A stretch of DNA of 59,162 nt, the filler included, from Platydemus manokwari (lineage: Eukaryota), in the NCBI GenBank assembly GCA_037951405.1. It is 6 parts of 6 records of this genome, joined end to end, with 100 filler letters (N's around TTAATTAATTAA, not from the genome) between each part and the next. Parts side by side here need not be neighbours in the genome. Positions count along the whole stretch, not along the records: positions 9,492 to 19,671 come from JBBMOY011160659.1; positions 19,772 to 29,697 come from JBBMOY011188655.1; 4 more parts are not named here. One strand, given 5' to 3'. Shown here in pieces: positions 12,229-27,499 of the stretch; the stretch's first letter is position 1; the number at the start of each line of letters is the position of its first letter. Under the pieces are notes generated by a model. It saw only the letters and a list, made by a program, of their open reading frames with translations. It made no database searches and was not told where the DNA came from. A program made the translations under genes and the position numbers.

Positions 12229-15200
12229 TTAAAATAGTTGTCTTTGTATTTTCATTGCTCATTATTTAATATATTATTGACAATACACCAATTATTGATT
12301 GGGTCTTCATACAACAAATCAAAAATAAAATAACAAACCAACCAGCGAATGATGTGATTTTTGTTAATTTGAAGAAATAGAAATATTTTTGAGCATCACA
12401 TTTAATATTAATGATAACAATAATAATAATGTTTTATGAATTGAAGTTTCATTTCAAATCTTTATTTTTCTCACAATTCTAAATTTTCTTCCAAACATTC
12501 GTCCCGTATTAATTCAAGCCACGCGTTTTAGAGACTCTGCGATATTGATAATTTTTCTGAAATCCCATTGCATTTACACAGCATAAAAATGTTGATTAAT
12601 TCCTTTATTAGAATATTACTCTTACAAAATCATGAAAACATGACCAACCAGCGATCATATCATAAAAATATCACAAATATTAACCAGGCTTCCTTTTGAC
12701 GCTCAAAAACTATGGCTGCATTCCATTGAAATATTTTTGATCGATTCGGATTCCCATACTGAAATGATTGTCTCCTAAGAATATCGGTGATAAACAATTA
12801 TCTCCTGTAAACTATATTTGTGTTGTTTCATTTTTTATTTTATTGTTTAGATCAATAAAAGGGGATTACCAGTGGGGTAACAAGATTCAAATTATTACTT
12901 ATAAATTATTAACTGAAAAAATGTAACTTTGTTGCTCGGCAGTGTTTTCGAAATACTGTTAAAGAAAATATCGATCCGATTTTTATTAAGCTAAGGTTTT
13001 AGTAATACTAATTGTTCATTCTATTTTAAGAATCTTATATTGATTAAAATCTATATTTAGATTAAAAACAATTACTGTAATTATCGACATCTAATATATT
13101 TTTCAAACAACTTTTTAATTATAATTTTTAGAAATTCCAATTAATAAAAAAAATGCTCAGAAACTGTTGTTGAAACCAATAGGGGACATAAAATCTCTGT
13201 ATATCACTATTTATAAACTAAGCATACTCGTTATTTCTTAACAAGACTGATAGTAGGGACACAGTAAGCTGTTGAAGATAATACTATAAGATGCAATAAA
13301 ACAATTACTGAGAGCAAATAATTTGCGAATTCTGCTTTTAATTTATGTCAAATGTGCACAAACATTATAATTCTTCTCTCTTAATTCTTTTGCCTGTACC
13401 CGGGGCTTTGAACACACAATCTAAATCAACCAAACTATTATTTTGAATATAACTCATAATTATTACAATCATGCTCATAATCTACAAGTCGGTTTTGCAA
13501 TTGTTCTGGGTTTTCATTATCAAAAGCTATATCAATGAGATATTTATTACTTAGCCCTTTACGGTTGCAAACCTTTAAAATTATTGGTTCATCATTATTA
13601 AAATATTTTAAATTAATCAAAAAAATAATCCCAACAAGCATATATTGAATTTATGTTATTTTATTTTATTGTTTTTTATTTTATTTTCTTTCGTTTTATT
13701 TTATTTTATAATATTTTATTTATTTTAATTTATTTTTTCATGGCAATTCTCAATTATTTTATTTCCATTATCGGCACTTTTGTGATGAAATTAAAATGTT
13801 TTCTTTCACGAAAGTTAAAAATCGAATAATATTTGATGAAAAAATATTTAAAATATTATGGTATGAATAAACATAAACAATAATCCAAATATTTTCAATA
13901 GCCAACCATATTAATTTTATGGGTCACACTTCATTCATAGATTCCCATAAAATGTGGAAGCATTGATGCATCAATTGTGGTGTAATATTGTTTTATTTTA
14001 TCACAAGCATCTCCAATGACTGTCGTTGAAAAACTTAATTCCCAGCTGTACAGGAGATTAATTTAATGACTCTATTTTATTTAAAAATATCGACTCTTAT
14101 GGTTGCCTTACTGACCTGATCCATTTCAGAGAATTTGTTTTCATTTTATTACTCTCCATTAATTTTGGTCATACAATTATTCTGTCGATAAAAGTTTTCA
14201 TAAACTAATTCGAAAAAATATATTAAAAACTTGCTACAAAAGAACATAGCGACCAAACTATATTATCTCAACATATTAGTTTGCAATATTCGAATATTTG
14301 ATATTATTATAATTATATTGTTATTTAATTATAATAATGACAGTGAACATGTATTATAAGTACTAGTTTAATTCAATAATACACTATTATAATCAGTATC
14401 AATTAATAATAATAATAACTATTGTTTCATATTTATGTAATTCAGGTTCGTTTATATAAATAAATATAAATTCGTTTATATAAATATGATAAAAGATTTT
14501 TGTTAAAGCTCATGATAGATTTTTATGAACAATAAAATTATTTATTGAAAACATCAGAGAGAGCATATATATTGGATAAATAAAATAATACGTGTTAAAT
14601 CAGTTCATACCAATAAAATAATCCTATGATTTATTCAGAACAAGTGCTGTTGAATAAGAATGAAATTGCACAATAGAAATACGAATTTGCACTTTGGAAC
14701 CCTTATTTCAACACTTTTAACATTTCCATGCCTACACAACTTTACAGATCTAACAACCAACAGATGACAGAACACTTAAATGGAAAATTCTAATTCAAAA
14801 TATAACCATAGCCACCTAGTAACACACTATATGGACTGAACAGTTCCGAGCACACACAATCAATAAATACAATTGGAGCTTGAGAAATTAAAGATCAAAT
14901 CAAACCCTGATACACAGTTTACGCAATTATCTTGCATAAATACTGATGTGATCTCTAAATGCCAGCGTTTGTCTTATATTGATTTATTGAGCTTTGGTAA
15001 AGTTTTAATACCTACATAAATTACAACTATCGATTCTTTTGAACCACAACAGTACTGAATTAATAATAAAGAATTAATGATCCAGATAAAAGATGATTTC
15101 CAAATTACAAACGATAACTCGGCAGGTTTTTATTAAATTCTTAAGGTTGATCAAATTTCCGTTCAATTCTTAGTTAATTCATGAAACGAAATTATGTATT

Positions 15201-15544
15201 GACCTTAACCAAGAGTCATTTTGATATATAATTGAAGATTCCTGACAAATGCTGGGTTCAATGTCGGTATTTCACTTGATTTTGATTAAAACCTCATTTA
15301 ATCAATTGATTTCTAGTTATCTCTAGAACTCCATAGAAGTTATGAGATGTCTTTTTCATTTCCACAAGTTATTTTTAATTCTAAATTTCATCCTTTTTAA
15401 TTTATCTAATAGATAAATCAAAAATCTTTGATTTGAGAGATTTGTATAGTGAAAACACCCTTCAATTACATAATGGTTTAATTAATTGGAAAGTCCGCGT
15501 TATTCAGTATATTTAAACAAATCGAATATATAAGATTTATTTAA

Positions 15545-17330
15545 ATTTCCTCTCCCGTTGTTTTTGAGATCTTTTTCAGTCACTTAATTCTTTGAGATTT
15601 TGTCTGTCCCTGGAAATCAAGAAGCACTTGATATGAACTTAAAATTTTCAAAATTCTGTGAGGATCTTCATAACGATCTCCATTCTTATTTATCTGGTGT
15701 GGTTCTTTATTCACCAAAACTTCTCCGAAAATTCTGCAACCTCATTTTTTGCATCAAATTTCCTTAAGTTAGTGGCTCCTGATTTTAACTGGTTTTCTGT
15801 TTCTTTGATGATCTGGTCATGGTGGCTTGGTTCATTTAATCCAAACAATATTTCAAAAGTTGACTGTCAAATTGAGCTCTGATGTGTTGAATTAATTTTT
15901 CCCAAGCCCATTTCTCTGATACCAACATTGTTTCGGATATTCTAATCATTATTTCCTTCCAAATCATTTGCTTGCTGTTGACATGGGAAGGTAAATTCCA
16001 ACTTTATTCCAATACTTATCGCTAATCCTATCATTTTCCTTCCCTCGATCACTTTACCCAGATCAGTAAGCACTGATTTTGGGGCACCGTCCAATTATCG
16101 ATGATAAGCTCGAAAATACTAGTCTCGTGTTGTCCAATAAGTGGCACTAAGCTTACTAGTTTACTGAATTTATCCAAAGTAACCAAAAGATACTTGGTTT
16201 TAGTCATAAATTCTCAAAGGAGCGCAATATCATAAACAACATATTCTAGAAGACGAAATTCTTCCCTTGGAATCATAACTTCTTTATTCCCATCAGTATA
16301 TACTTTCCGTTTATCACAGATAAATGAAATTCTTCCTTACCTCGTGTTCGATGCTTCGTGACATATTTGGCCAGTCATAAATCTTATGAATTTTTTAATT
16401 GTCCATAAAAATTCAGTCATTTTTTGTACATCTCTTCAATGAAACATCATTCTTATCAGCAATACTCCTATACGCTATTTCAATTTTGTCTTGATCTCTG
16501 TATTTCTTTTCTATGTCCTTGATTTCAGTCGATTCTATTTATGCAAGAAATAATCTAAAAGTCTTCATCATATCCATTTCTCCGTTAAATCCTAGTGGAG
16601 TTTATTTTGTTATAATCATAGCATGTTGTTCTGACGAAAAAGTTATAATAGCCTTATGTTCTTTCATTTGGGTTGTAATTATTTCATGCATTTCGGTAAA
16701 TGAACTATCGTTGCTATGGTTTGGTGCCTATTTGAGTTTTTCAATTTCCTTTTTAAAAATCTAAAATTTCATCTACTGCTTCATCTAACATTATAGGTTG
16801 TGAAATTTTAAGAATTTAGGATCCTTTCTATTTAGTAAATGGTTCCTAAAAGTAACAAACATAAATTCTCTTAAACTGATGAAAATTTAATTGATACCCT
16901 TCTGGCAAATCTTTGAAGTCATCGCCTTTTTATTGGTGAACATAAATTTATTGGATTAACTAGTAAATCTTTTTGGACTTTGCTCATTCAGCAATATGAT
17001 TAGCTTTTGGAGATCAAATCTTTAATTCCTCTTCGTTATGATATGGATCACATTATGTTTCAATTAGAATACCTTCCTCATAAAGTTTCCAAGATGCTGA
17101 TTTTCATTTTCCTACATAATTCATTGAAATTAAATTAAACCACATAATATTTTATTCCTTTTTTATTTCTGGATTTTTATATTTATGAGTGCGATTGATT
17201 AATCCTCTAACAATATCTTGTCTAATCAGCCTCTTCTATATGATGATAGGAAACACGGTAAGATATTGGGTTTACTTCAATTATATATTTCACTATGCCT
17301 CAAAAGCTTCCTTTCGTCAATTTGGTAACT
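15545..17330 (-). mobile_element. Degenerate Gypsy-type LTR retrotransposon, pol/integrase region
   Basis: Broken frames carry integrase motifs IYDWPNMSRSIEHEVRK, KYLLVTLDKFSKLVSLVPL, STFEILFG and RYEDPHR (GPY/F-like), plus PPT GGGAGAGG at ~15549-15556. Many stops and frameshifts; 5' boundary approximate. Confidence 0.7.
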
Positions 17331-19548
17331 TCATTTTTTATTAAAATGAATGTTAATATTTAACAATCAGTAAATTTTGCTTGTAAACACAATAAATCAG
17401 CTTTAGCTTTATACAATCAAAAGGTAATGATGGATCACAATGAATTTACTATTAATCCAATGATGTTGTTGTTATCAACACAATGTTCGAAATGAAATAA
17501 GGCAAAACAGTTTTTTATAAATTATATTAGATATCAAATATATCGACAAATAAAATAAAAGTAACAGCAACAAAAACAAGATTTTGAATTAGGGCTTAGA
17601 TGATTTAGAGTGTTTAGTTCCAATTCGAGTTTGTTAAAACATAGATAATTCGTCGGTATTGTAGCAGTATCTTAGCACAAGATGTTACACAAAGGAGAGA
17701 TATAATGGATTTTAGAGTATAATTTTATAGGGTAATATTTTACCTTGCTCGAAACCAGCATTGAATCCGTAATATGTCGAATAAATACTTCTCACAAAAA
17801 TCTGAAATCTTTCACGATGAAACGATCTCAATAGTCGAATTGATAATTGTCACAAAATTACTTGAGTTCTTCTTAGTCCCTTCAAAATCATGGGCCAAAA
17901 TGACTGTCAGGATTTTCCTTATAGACGAAGTTGGCTAACTAGTTCAAACTCAATGAATTTCCTGTTAATTGACTGGTATTAATTGATAATGGAATTCTAT
18001 TATTTATTTCCCGTGTTACTCTTAATTGATTTGTCTCAGACTAATATTTTAAATATTTCAGGATATATTTCTGTCAATTTAAGGCATTAAATTTAATATT
18101 TTTATTTTAATCCTCAAACTGAAATTGGAATCGTTGATTCTTAGTTGCCCTTCACATCAAACAATCATTATAATTTCCCATAAGATAGAATAAAATATTT
18201 TTAAATCAATAAATATTTTTTTTAGATTTTTAAATTTTCCTCAATAAAATACAAATTATCAATATATACCTAAAATGGCAAAAATGGTTAGCTATGCATA
18301 CAGTTGCTTATTTATCGAATTATTATTAGATGGTTACAGATTAGTGGATTATATTAAGCTCCGAACCCCATCGATTCGAACAATTAGATCGATTCAATCG
18401 TTTTAAAAATATGAAGTTTTGATTCTCATTTCTTGTAGAAACATTACTCGATAATATTCTTACTAAATCCTGCTCGTAACTCCATGTTATATAATGAAAT
18501 ATACAACATTAAATCATTAACAATAATAAACGTTGATATACGAACACACCGTGTTTAAGCTTGTTAATAAATAAAATACTAAAAGATAATGAATGGTAAA
18601 AAAGAAACAAATATGATCACAATAAACAAGAGCCGGCAAATATGTCAGCAACAGATCACACAATGATGCTTTAATTCTAGCAGCTGAATTCGATTTCCCA
18701 GCAAAAGGAAATTAATTAATAAAATATTAATCTGAAATTCTATTTAACTATACATTTCACTTGGAAGAATTACATTAAAATGATTTATCGTCTGAACATT
18801 AAACAATCATTTAAAATTATTATATAAAATAAATAAATTTTGAAACAAGAAATTATTTATTTAATCATATATCACATATCAGAAGTTATAATTATATATT
18901 ATCTATAATTATAAACATTCCAAATTTAGCATCGTCCAACAAATTATTGGCAAAGTAAAATATCCATTTAAATTTCATTTTATATTATCATCCGCCTTTC
19001 ATGTTCTTTAATAAATTTCGTTAAATGCCAAAATCTAACATTAACAAGGCTATTTAATTATTTTGAGATTTATCATTTATAGCATAATTCTAAATTTAAA
19101 AAAATTGGTATTATCATATTAAGCACTTAAAGCCCTTACTTTAGAATGAAATTTCTATGATTATGATAATTCTAATTCAGAATGTTATGAAATAACTCGA
19201 AATAGATACAAAATCATAAATTCCAAACATTTGATAAACAGATTCAGTATTATTAAAACAAACATAATCTCTTTAAGATCAATATTAATTTAAATAATTA
19301 TCTTCAAATTGTGGTAAAAATTAGATTTCATCAAATTCTTAGTCATAATATGATATTTTAACCATAACCTGAAGACTAAATATTTATTTTTCATTAAATC
19401 CATTTCTCGATTGAAGTCTATATTGAATACTTATTAATAAATCCAGATTTCTAATCACACTTAAACACTCCATTATTTTTAATTTGACAGGGTTTTTAAA
19501 ATATATTGATGTATAGAATTTGGAAACTTATTAATACATATTTTAATA

Positions 19549-19551
<3 letters not shown>

Positions 19552-19593
<42 letters not shown>
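19552..19593. repeat. (TA)n microsatellite
   Basis: Perfect AT dinucleotide run of about 20 units. Confidence 0.95.
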
Positions 19594-19597
<4 letters not shown>

Positions 19598-19671
19598 CAA
19601 ATTCTTAAATTGGATACTTTGAGTTCCAAAATGTATCACAAAAGAGTTTAAAAATACTCTAAATATAAAAA

Positions 19672-19771
19672 NNNNNNNNNNNNNNNNNNNNNNNNNNNNN
19701 NNNNNNNNNNNNNNNTTAATTAATTAANNNNNNNNNNNNNNNNNNNNNNNNNNNNNNNNNNNNNNNNNNNN
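19672..19771. other. Artificial contig linker
   Basis: Same 100-nt N/TTAATTAATTAA/N structure. Confidence 0.98.
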
Positions 19772-21063
19772 AATATCAATGAATGAAATTATCATTTCGA
19801 AAATAAATAATAGAAACAATCAAAAAATTAATTTAGAAAAGTGAAATTCTAGACAAAAAACTCCATTTAATACTTCGTAAAAGTTTTTATATTGGACAAA
19901 AAAAATCCAGAAAAGAAAAAAGCAAAAATTGAAATTGAATTCATAAAATATTCTTCAAATTTATTGAAACATGAAATTCTAAAATTAACCAACAATAAAA
20001 TTTGCTCACCATTTTAATTCTGGATTGGCAATAATAAATTAATTTCAAATTCTAAATATGAAAATAATCATTAGATTGATCTGTATAATTCATTTTATTA
20101 AATCACTGAAATATGAAAGTGGCTAGATTAAAATAAAATTTTCAATTTTCCTTCATATAATTCCACGGATTATCAGATGTTCGAGGTTGCTTTTCTGGAT
20201 TTGAGTTTATTGGTTAAGTGGTTTATAAAAATGGAAAACAGTTTTATAGAATGCTTGGTTTAATTATTTGATTAAAATATTTAATATTATTTATCGACAG
20301 ACGACAATCATAATTACATTAATACGTTTTTTTTTAATTCCATATATTCCTTATACAATTCGTCAATTGAATTTAGCAGTTTATATTAGCTGTTTTTAAC
20401 ACTGCAAATAGTAATCCGATAACGCGTGTTTTGATTTATAATTTATGATTGAAATGTCAATCCAACTATCGGGAAAATATAAAATAAAATAAATTAATAT
20501 TAAATAATTTTGACCAAATTGAAATTTACAATTTAATTTGTAACATAATTCTGTGGTATAATATTCAACATAGATAAATCACATCAATTTTCATTGAGAA
20601 AAATTATAAGAAAATCGATGGAACCATTGTGATGAATTCCATATGAGCCAATAGTTCTCCCCGTATATGATGTTATTGGAAATCTTATTGACTATGTGCG
20701 ACTGAGATATTGCCAGAAGCGGTATTCGGTATAAAGGTTGATTATGTTCCAAATCTGATTAAAAGATGATAACATTTATTTAATCTTTGTATTCATTGAT
20801 AAAGGGTTTATTAAGATGTAGTTGTAATAACTGTACACAATCAAATTACATTGAAATATATTATAGTGTATAAGCGAATAACATAAGTACACAGGATTGA
20901 TTAGAATACACACCGCTAACCAATTAGACACTTTTAAATATCAATCTATATAAATAATTTGATCATGTTGACGCAATTTGATCAATTGACGCAAATCAAC
21001 AACAGGCAGCTAACATCAAGATTAGCCAATGGCACGTTAGTTTTAAATTTATACTAAAAACTA

Positions 21064-22698
21064 CCGTGTTTTTCTTATTATAAGCGGTATCCCGAATATA
21101 AGAGGTAGCGTGTTTTTTGCTTGTTAGAAAAATAAGCTGCCCTCTGAATATAAGTGGTAGTAAATATAAATAGTATATAAATAAAAATTATAAATATGTA
21201 ATTATTATGCATGCATGCATATCAATAAACAATTTATTAAATCAATCTTTCAAATTTTCAAACGCTTTTAAATGAATATAAATTTTCCATCATACATGGC
21301 TGAATCCAGAAAAGTTACGTCGTAGAATATTAGAAATCGGTTGTAGAAGAGTCTAAAGCAAGAACCAAACTATTTTCTGCAACGAAAACAAAGATGGTTC
21401 AAAGATGGAGATTTGCTTATACAAACTTATGCAAATCAGTTGCAGATGGGAGAAATAAGAAGAGAAGGCTGGAAGGGGAAGAACGCCAGCAATAAATAAA
21501 TTAGAAAATACCATAGCTGATTGGATCATTGACCGGAGACCAAGAGGATTAATCGTAAGAAGATATGACATTCAAAACTTTGCAGTAGATTTGGCTTCCA
21601 AAAATGAAATGTTGGATTTTACAGCCTCAACGCACTGGTTTGATAAGTTTTTACTTCGTAATGAATTATCACTCTGAAAGGGAACCTCTCTTTTTAAATT
21701 AGAGTATAATGAAATTGTTTCGAGAGCAATAATGTATAAGAGATTTGTTGATAATATTAATTTTTAGAAACACCAATTGTCGTATATGATTACAATAGAT
21801 GAGACACCTGTATTTATGGGATAAGATTCACGGAAAATAGTAAACAATCAATATTCCCTCAACAGGTTATGAAAGCCAGAAGGTTACCTGTATTCTTGCA
21901 CTTCGTTTGGAGCCAGCGTCTTTTATTATAATTGAAGGAAAGAAAAAATAAAATTGAGCAGTTGTCTGGTGCGTACAATCTGGAAACTGAAAAGGCATGG
22001 AGTACCCAAGCAGCAATTAGAAAATGGATTCACCTAATGTTGCCAATGGTTTTGCGAGGCAATAGAAGAGGTTTGCTTATATGGGATTCAGCCAGCACTC
22101 ATGGTGACAATAATATTATGAATTTTCTTAAAGTGAGAGGCGTTGATCAGGAATGACAGGGTATCTTCAAAGTTTAGATTTGTTAATAAATAAGTTATTT
22201 AAGGTCAATCTTAGATTAGAAATAAATGATTACATTGAGAAGAAATGAAAAGAGGAACTTTATAAAACCGAATCTACAAGAAATATTAAAGTGGGTTATT
22301 AATGACTGGGCTAAAATTAATGATAACTCTGTCAAAAAGCTTTGAAGGCTTCCTTTCTGGTCAAGTCGGTTTAATTCGAATAAAGCTTCTTAGCAAAAAA
22401 TGAGAGAATAGAGCGACCTATCAAAGATAAACTTTATTCACAGGAATGAGAGTGTTCAAAATCTTGTTTTTTTGAAGATGTCGCAGAAGAGGACGATTTA
22501 ACTGTGTTTGATTAAACATTTTTAATATTATATTTTTCATATTTTTTTAAACATTTGAAATATTATAATGAAAATATTTTATGATTTTTTAAGTAATCGG
22601 TAAAAAAAATATTAGCGGTCCTCCAAATATAAGTGGTGCCTCACATTTTTCGTCTGAAAATAATATAAGCGGCCGCTTATAATAGAAAAAACACGGAG
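21064..22698 (+). mobile_element. Pogo/Tigger-family DNA transposon, full length but inactivated
   Basis: Left end TA-CCGTGTTTTTCTTATTATAAGCGG; right end (reverse complement) TA-CT-CCGTGTTTTTTCTATTATAAGCGG. CENP-B-type HTH (GRGRTPAINKLENTIADWIIDRRPRGLIVRRYDIQNFA..FTASTHWFDKFLLRNELS*) and DDE_1 motifs (TIDETPV, KAWSTQ, LLIWDSASTH) are interrupted by stops and frameshifts. Confidence 0.9.
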
Positions 22699-22899
22699 TA
22701 TATAGGCGGTTCTAACGAATGAAACAGCATAACTACAAGACAGCAGGTACATGCACTACAAGTATATGATAGGAGGTTGAATCTCGTGAGCTACTACCAG
22801 TATTTTCAAGACTGTAACTTTTTATGTCTTAATTCTTTTGTGTGATCATTCAGATGACTGATCATTCATGATCGCTATTTCTGTTGCGGTTTTATCTTT

Positions 22900-23600
22900 T
22901 AATTGTAAATTATCAATTTTTAATTGACTTTGTTCACTTAAGTCTGATTTGAAGTATGAAAAGTTAACGATTCAATTTCACACGTAATTTCATGATTCGA
23001 AATTACATTTTTGATACGATACCATGCAACTCTTATGATTTTCAAAATTAACATTAATAAGGTTTTCCGACCTTTGCAAGTTAAACTTGACTGGGATCGA
23101 AATTAGATAAAAATTCTGTGATATAAAATTCATTACGACAAATCAGAACCAAAGCTAAATTCCTTGTCGTGAATTTTTCCCCCAACATGTTTTTGCTAAT
23201 ATTGTTTCTTAATTCTGTTAAGCATGAAACTAAAATGATAAATTTTAGACAGAGTGTACCACAAAGAACCCCCGAGTTTCATTTTGTTAAAATATTGACT
23301 GGCGGTAGTTCATGTGGACACCAACTATATAGATAATTACATAAACATTTTCATTGCATCTTTCTATTGATTCCACTTGCTCTTTAGAGTACCTTTATAT
23401 CCAAAAGTAAAATATTTTCGCTCGAAATTAAATTTTAATGGTATGTCTAACATATCACGAGTATACACGTGAAATTGTTAGTCAATGTTTTGTGATGAAT
23501 TGATTTAAAACCTTTTCAGTTTTCTTAATATGATTTTATAGGTTTACAAAGGCATATTTTGGGTTTTACTGTAATCAAAATTAGCTTTTAATGCTGGGTT
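22900..23600 (-). mobile_element. Degraded CR1/L2-like LINE RT relic
   Basis: Frameshifted NYR-PVNILTK at ~23283-23312 (RT NYRPISIL motif) and a QG-like remnant at ~23160. Heavily decayed. Confidence 0.35.
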
Positions 23601-25391
23601 TAACTTAAAATTAAATTTTTATCATAAATTATTATAAATAAATTATTATTTATAAATTAATATTTATAATATTATTTATAATATATATATATATTATTTA
23701 TAATATATTATATATTTAATATTTATATTATATATTTAATATATTATTTATAATATTATTAAAATATTATTTATAAATTATTATATATAAATTATTATTT
23801 ATTATTAAATTATTATTTTATTAACTAAATTAAAACATCAAACTGTTTTCAAACCGGCCATGTTGTTGTCAGGTGTCTGTTAACTAATTCAAACCAATTT
23901 TGATTGGCATTTGTGAACATTCTCGTTCATAAACTGCCATCAATTCAATGATGGTTTCATAGCACAGAATATATTTCCATTCGATTACAATTTTAAAAGT
24001 GACGTAAAAATTTCTTGAACGAATAAAATTTTCGCAGCTGAAAAATAATATGCAACTGTTTTTTCTCAGAAAAATTACTTCAAGAGCATTTTCAAAATTG
24101 AATTAAAGTGTTTTGCTAAACTCTAGTGAAATTATATGGACTTCAGAAAGTTTAAATTGCGAGACAAAATAAGGGGAAAGAAATCAACAAATTTAGATAG
24201 TGTCTTAGAAACTGTTCTGAGAACAATTCAACTGGACGATTATTTTGAGTTTATTTTGTGACTATTTTATTAGCGTTAAATTAAATTTAAAATTTAAGCA
24301 CGAATAGCAATTTAAGTGTTATAATTGGTAAATGAATTGTTTTCAGATAACCTCAAGGCTATGCTTATACGAACCCAAATAGGTGCCCAGCGAAAACTAA
24401 TTTGTTCACGTATTTATATCTCGATATTCATATTTTCAAAACAGTGAGATTGAATGGAGTTCATTTAGTTCATCTTACTTGCATTTTTAATTATCGATTA
24501 ACAATTGCGAGGTAGAATGTGAAAGAGTTAAATAATAACCGAATTATAAAGATTAAGCTTCCTCGAGGGAACAGCCCCGGCTTCTAAAACATAAAATTGT
24601 GAACCATGTACTTGTTTGTATGAAAATAACCCAAATGCAATACATCAGCAAATAAAACAAATTACAAAAGGGATGTAAAGGAATAAATTCAAAGTGGATG
24701 AAATAAGCAAAATATAATGCAAAAATTCATAGAAAAATGAAATAATTATCAAGCGATTTTATTAAAATAAAAATGAATAAAAAAATTGTTTTAATTCTAA
24801 AAATTGTTTCATTATTAGAGATAAATTTGAACCCAAATCTTTATGGTAGTGTTAGATATATACTGACACTAAACTGTAAATCGCAATCGACTACTTTTAA
24901 CTTAATGGCCATTGGTCAGTCTCTAAATCATACTCATGAGAACAAAGTCAATTATTAAAAACCACAGAAATTACCAAGCATAAAAGACTAATGGTCAAAA
25001 CAATCACATAAAGAATTCAGATAGATTGAAATTTACCGACAATAAAAGACTGCCAGTTTTAGTCACGATTTAACTCATTTTCAAAACTTGTCGCATTTGT
25101 TTTTACTTGCTATCTTGAAGGTTTGCTTTTAATTCGTCAGAACCGTCTCAGGAGTAGTTTATGGCTGATTCTGTTCTAAGTCTCGTGACATTAGCTTATA
25201 TTGATGTTTGTTACTTGTTGTTGATAAGGCACCTGTTGATGATCGAGTTCTGTTTATTGATTGGTATTTTGGAGATGTCTGATTTACTGCTGGTATGTGT
25301 CCTCATTTTGGCTTCTTGTGTCGACTTCATTGATGGTTAATTCATGTTCTTCTTTGGATATTTTGATTGTTTTTTATCACATTCTTCACAG

Positions 25392-25396
25392 TAATA

Positions 25397-25446
<50 letters not shown>

Positions 25447-25447
25447 T
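25392..25447. repeat. (AAT)n microsatellite
   Basis: Trinucleotide run. Confidence 0.95.
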
Positions 25448-27499
25448 TCGAAAGTTTCATTTTTGATCATCAATCCTTTGATTAATTGATTGTCACCACC
25501 AACTTTCCCTTTAATAGGCTACTTGGAGTAAATCATATTCATCAAAATTAATAACGGAGAAATAAAACAAGTTGCCTCCCAAAAATTCAAGGTGCCAAGC
25601 CAGCAAATTACAGTGAGACATTTCCTATTTAGGTGATAGTGAGTTTTCTGATTATCACTGTTTCCATTTTACTAGCACTTTCTTATTTGTTAAATAGATG
25701 ATGAGTTTGACTTTTATTGTTAAACAGATATCATTTTTTTTCTTTTTCTTCTATGATTTAAAAAAGTAGGCAAAATTTCATTATATCAGAAAGGATATTC
25801 AATTTTTCCGACATTGCACTGACAAGAAGTAACACATTTTGAGTTCTTACGCTGATCAGTGAACTCAAATTGAAATCTCACGTCAATAATTATCATTTAT
25901 CTCTATCCAAATTTGTTGACACATTATTTCAAGAACTGATAACATCATTTGAATCCATGAAATGTTCATTTAGCGAATCTGAAATCAGTTGATTTATCAG
26001 TGTGACTTCCACTGATGTTGGATTGGAGTTGTCACTAATAAATTCCAATGGTTATTAGAATCATTGACACATAAATTGTTGATTTAGTTCGCCTAAACCT
26101 ATTTTAAGAGAATGTGATTAGGTTTGAGAATTATTCATTTCTACTAAGTTTTGTATTTTCATGTAGTCTTTATATTCGTCCATGAATTTGACATCACTTT
26201 CCCATCGTGGTTCACGATTGCCACTGAAAGAGGCAATCCCATGTTTTCCCAATTTTTGCCATATTTACCCCGAGTCGATCAATCTTAGTTTTTCCTGTAT
26301 TTTAACTCATTTATAAACGACATTCTGTGTTTCAATTCTGCTGATCCTTCTTTTTCCATTAACATTGATAGTATGGGGTTGTACCCTCCCTGTAGATATT
26401 CTCAATATTCCATTGCAATCAATTTTTTCAGCTAGCAGAATTCATCGCATTTAGTATTTGTTATTTCCCAGTTTTTAAAGTGATATATCATTCCATATAA
26501 TGTGCATCTATTTTCTTGTCTATGAGTTCCGCGCTTCTGGCCATTATGTGTAACTTCAATATTCTTTTTAGTTGAGGAGTCAAGACGTTGACCAACTTAA
26601 TTGATCTCCGTTATCATATCTTTTGCATCCAATCTGCGGGTTTGAAGATATTAGGAATGACCACATTTCCAGTAATTGGAAATGAGTTTATCTAATGCAG
26701 ATTCCTGCCGGGACGGCATATATTGTCTGACTTATCGATTTGAAACATATCTAAAATCACAATTATGTTAATTGCGGAAACCTTAAATTATGATTTGACG
26801 CAACAAGGAAATTAGATCTTGGGTTCTTTGTCGTTTTATTTAATTAAAATTAAAAGTACTTTATAACTGTTCAGTATAGTAGGGTGTCAATATTTCATTA
26901 TGTCAGTAAAACAATAATAATGACACAATGAAGGTCAGCATACAGAAATCATACATAGAAGTGGAGTACAATCATAAGATTTAATGTCACATGAGAGAAG
27001 CATCATATATTATCCTTGCTAATATGCATATTGTCTGTACCATTACTCGTTGTGTCAAATATTGAGATCCTTGCTTTCATCTTTATGCCAACAGGACATC
27101 CTTTCCGTCTCAACATTTATCCGGTAAGCGCAGACAAATTTCTGAAAATAAAATTTATTGGCATATATTTTTCCATACACTAAAACAACAACATTATTAA
27201 AGCCAGATTTTTAAGCATAACCATATTATCTCTGATTTTCACCAACCTCTCAACTTTTATCTTCCTTCGCATCCAAAATATTCTCAGTATTCTCATTAAT
27301 AACGTTCAAAACATGCCGTGAGCTTTCTACAACACGGATCATACAATTACCCGATTTATTTTTTCAATACTTTACTTAATCAGCCTCTCGTTTCTTGGAC
27401 CTTTTTGATTCACTTTCATCAAACTCTTTGAAAAATGTCATTGAAATATATCTTGAAATCTTAGAATCCACTTATTTTGAGTTTGCCAATCTAACGATC

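Noticed and set aside
12440-14270. Possible multi-exon gene on the minus strand including ORF 13438-13641
   Set aside because: Some splice-like signals, but every joined frame hits stops and no family is recognisable.
25261-25485. Poly-Asn ORF (and poly-Ile ORF 35170-35403)
   Set aside because: Produced by AAT/ATT microsatellites.
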